From positions 1-39,563 of the forward strand of contig JBBQSO010000048.1 of NCBI GenBank assembly GCA_038213805.1: DNA of 39,563 nucleotides, read 5' to 3'. The notes beneath the pieces were generated by a model. The model was not told where the DNA came from. It searched no databases and saw only the letters and a list, made by a program, of their open reading frames with translations. The DNA comes from Planctomycetota bacterium. GTDB lineage: Bacteria > Planctomycetota > UBA11346. Below, piece after piece: positions 37,625-39,563 of this stretch. Position 1 is the first letter of the stretch. Each line of letters starts with the position of its first letter. The position numbers were made by a program, and so were the translations under genes.

Positions 37625-37742
37625 CGCCAGGCGCTGGCGGCCCCTGCATCCAGGGCAATGCCCTGCTCGGTACCCACAACGCACAGTGGGGTCCGAAGAG
37701 AGGCGCGGAATCTGAAAAAAAAATGGTGGGGATCCGGTAGGA

Positions 37743-37979
37743 ACGAGCTCGCGGAGCGGGCGAAAGCAATGAGGCTAGGGCGTGAGCCCTGGAAATCGGA
37801 AGCACGGATGTCAGAGCCCGCGGAGCGGGCGATACCATTTCATGCGGGGGAACCTCGCAGGGCCAAAATTGCTGTGCGGGAAATCTTGTCGCCCGCTCCG
37901 TGGGCTTGCACCCTCTTCCGTCGCGGGTCCCAGGGCTCACGCCCTAGCCTCATTGCTTTCGCCTGCTCCGCTGGCTCGT
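37743..37979. repeat. REPIN-like inverted-repeat element without a transposase gene
   Basis: 37759-37792 is a perfect inverted match of 37930-37963. Inner pair 37815-37832 / 37889-37906. Confidence 0.85.
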
Positions 37980-38067
37980 CGATCCCCTGCCGACGACATG
38001 CGCGATTCCATGGGGCATCCCATTTCGGAAGTTGTGGGTAGTGCCTAGCGCCTACTGCACGTGTTCC

Positions 38068-38096
38068 TTGACCTCCCCCTGATTCCGCCTACAAAT
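38068..38096 (+). promoter_or_regulatory. Putative sigma70 promoter of the leu leader/leuA
   Basis: TTGACC (38068-38073) and TACAAAT (38090-38096), about 10 nt before the leader ATG. Confidence 0.5.
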
Positions 38097-38105
38097 CCAC
38101 TGATC

Positions 38106-38168
38106 ATGCGCCCCCTGCAGACCAACCTGCTGCTCGTCGAGCGACTTACGGCGGGGTCCCTCGCGTAG
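38106..38168 (+). promoter_or_regulatory. Leucine-rich leader peptide (attenuator) MRPLQTNLLLVERLTAGSLA
   Basis: 20 codons with 6 Leu, including CTG CTG CTC, directly upstream of leuA. The hairpin GGGGTCCCTCG...CGAGAGGAACCCC overlaps the stop. Confidence 0.75.
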
Positions 38169-38282
38169 TCGAGAGGAACCCCGTTCGCGGCCGGTAGAGC
38201 CTGCGCTCCCGGCCGCCATGACCAGATCACCACACCATCCTCATCCCGACGAGCGTGGCCCATGGCCGCGCCAGGAAATCCC

Positions 38283-39563
38283 ATGACGTCCCCTGCCATC
38301 CCCGATCCCAACCGCGTCCTGATCTTCGATACCACCCTGCGCGACGGCGAGCAGTCGCCCGGCGCGTCGATGAACCTGCCCGAAAAGCTGGAGATCGCCC
38401 GCACCCTCGAAGCGCTGGGTGTCGACATCATCGAGGCCGGCTTCCCGGTCGCCTCGCCGGACGACTTCGCCGCCGTCAAGGCGATCGCCGAGCAGACCAC
38501 GCGGGCGCGCATCTGCGCGTTGGCCCGCGCGCTGACCGGGGACATCGACCGCGCCGCCGAAGCGGTGCGCCCGGCCGGCGCGCGCGCGCGCATCCACATC
38601 TTCCTGGCGACCAGCGCCATCCACCGTCAGTTCAAGCTCAACAAGGTCAAGGAGGAGATCGTCAAGCAGGCGCGCGACAGCGTGGCCTACGCGCGCACAC
38701 TGTGCGACGACATCGAGTTCTCGCCCGAGGACGCCTCGCGCACCGAGCCCGAATTCCTCGCCGAGGTGGTGCAGGCGGTGATCGCGGCTGGCGCGCGCAC
38801 CGTCAATATCCCCGACACCGTCGGCTACGCCTACCCGAACGACTACGCCGACCTCATCACCTACCTGCGCGCGCACGTCGCGAACATCGCTCAGGCGGTG
38901 ATCTCGGTGCACTGCCACAACGACCTGGGCCTGGCGGTCGCCAACTCGCTGGCCGCGGTGCGCGCCGGCGCGCGCCAGGTCGAATGCACCATCAACGGCA
39001 TCGGCGAGCGCGCCGGTAACTGCTCGCTCGAAGAGGTGGTCATGGCCATGCGCGTGCGCAAGGACATGTTCGCCGGCATTACCACCGGCATCACCTCCAG
39101 CCACCTCTACGGCGCTTCGCGCCTGGTGCAGTCGATCACCGGGCTGACCGTACAGCGCAACAAGGCGGTCGTCGGCGACAACGCCTTCGCCCACGAGTCC
39201 GGCATCCACCAGCACGGCATGATGAAGAACCCCGAGTGCTACGAGATCATGACGCCGCAGTCGGTCGGCGTCCCCGACACCAACCTGGTGCTGGGCAAGC
39301 ACTCCGGTCGCGCCGCGCTGGGCGCGCGGTTGACCAAGCTGGGCATGCCGGTCGGTGACGACGACCTGGGCAAGGTCTTCGAGGCCTTCAAGCGCCTCGC
39401 CGACCGCAAGAAGGAGATCTACGACGGCGATCTCATCGCCCTGATCGAGGAAGTCGTGCGCGGCACCACGCTGAGCGTGTGGAAGTTGGATTACCTCCAT
39501 ACTTCGGCCGGCACCGAGGCCATCGCCACCGCCACCGTGCGCCTGAGCAAGGACGGCACCACC
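38283..39563 (+). CDS. leuA: 2-isopropylmalate synthase (partial, runs off window end)
   Basis: Translated by hand: [79 protein letters not shown]. Missing from the ORF track because there is no stop in the window. Confidence 0.97.
   Translation, partial: MTSPAIPDPNRVLIFDTTLRDGEQSPGASMNLPEKLEIARTLEALGVDIIEAGFPVASPDDFAAVKAIAEQTTRARICALARALTGDIDRAAEAVRPAGARARIHIFLATSAIHRQFKLNKVKEEIVKQARDSVAYARTLCDDIEFSPEDASRTEPEFLAEVVQAVIAAGARTVNIPDTVGYAYPNDYADLITYLRAHVANIAQAVISVHCHNDLGLAVANSLAAVRAGARQVECTINGIGERAGNCSLEEVVMAMRVRKDMFAGITTGITSSHLYGASRLVQSITGLTVQRNKAVVGDNAFAHESGIHQHGMMKNPECYEIMTPQSVGVPDTNLVLGKHSGRAALGARLTKLGMPVGDDDLGKVFEAFKRLADRKKEIYDGDLIALIEEVVRGTTLSVWKLDYLHTSAGTEAIATATVRLSKDGTT

Noticed and set aside
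34346..37684. 1112-aa minus-strand ORF
   Set aside because: Only the C-terminal part (35167-34346) is AraC. The rest is the antisense shadow of the GC3-biased plus-strand gene.
38241..39500. 419-aa minus-strand ORF and 254-aa plus-strand ORF (38255-39019)
   Set aside because: Shadow and off-frame ORFs of leuA, which is read from 38283.
1..39563. CRISPR array, rRNA, prophage structural genes, reverse transcriptase
   Set aside because: I saw no regularly spaced repeats or recognisable motifs for these by eye.

Overview
High-GC bacterial chromosomal window. The gene content (many secreted hypothetical proteins, an RRM protein, a peptidase/TPR protein, an esterase-gluconolactonase fusion) suggests a Planctomycetota/PVC-type organism; this is an inference. 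Most of the window is ordinary housekeeping or carbohydrate-related genes: ArsR-SRPBCC pair, DMT and ABC transporters, galM, dCMP deaminase, comM/yifB, GH29 fucosidase, PocR-AraC regulator and a 3'-truncated leuA with a Leu-rich leader peptide. The main exception is a visibly AT-richer ~6.4 kb islet (~4217-10650) at the 3' end of tRNA-Val(GAC). It carries a two-gene operon: an AAA/DUF4143 ATPase-nuclease gene with an apparent premature TAA, whose read-through stop overlaps the start of a ~1500 aa nuclease-STAND NTPase-helical sensor protein (Avs/NLR-like, probable anti-phage defence). An IS30 remnant and integrase-type att/dif-like motifs border the islet, but no integrase is present. The window also has a REP-associated tyrosine transposase (RAYT) between long inverted REP arms and a gene-less REPIN-like element of the same architecture. 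All product calls come from motif recognition by eye; no database searches were run.
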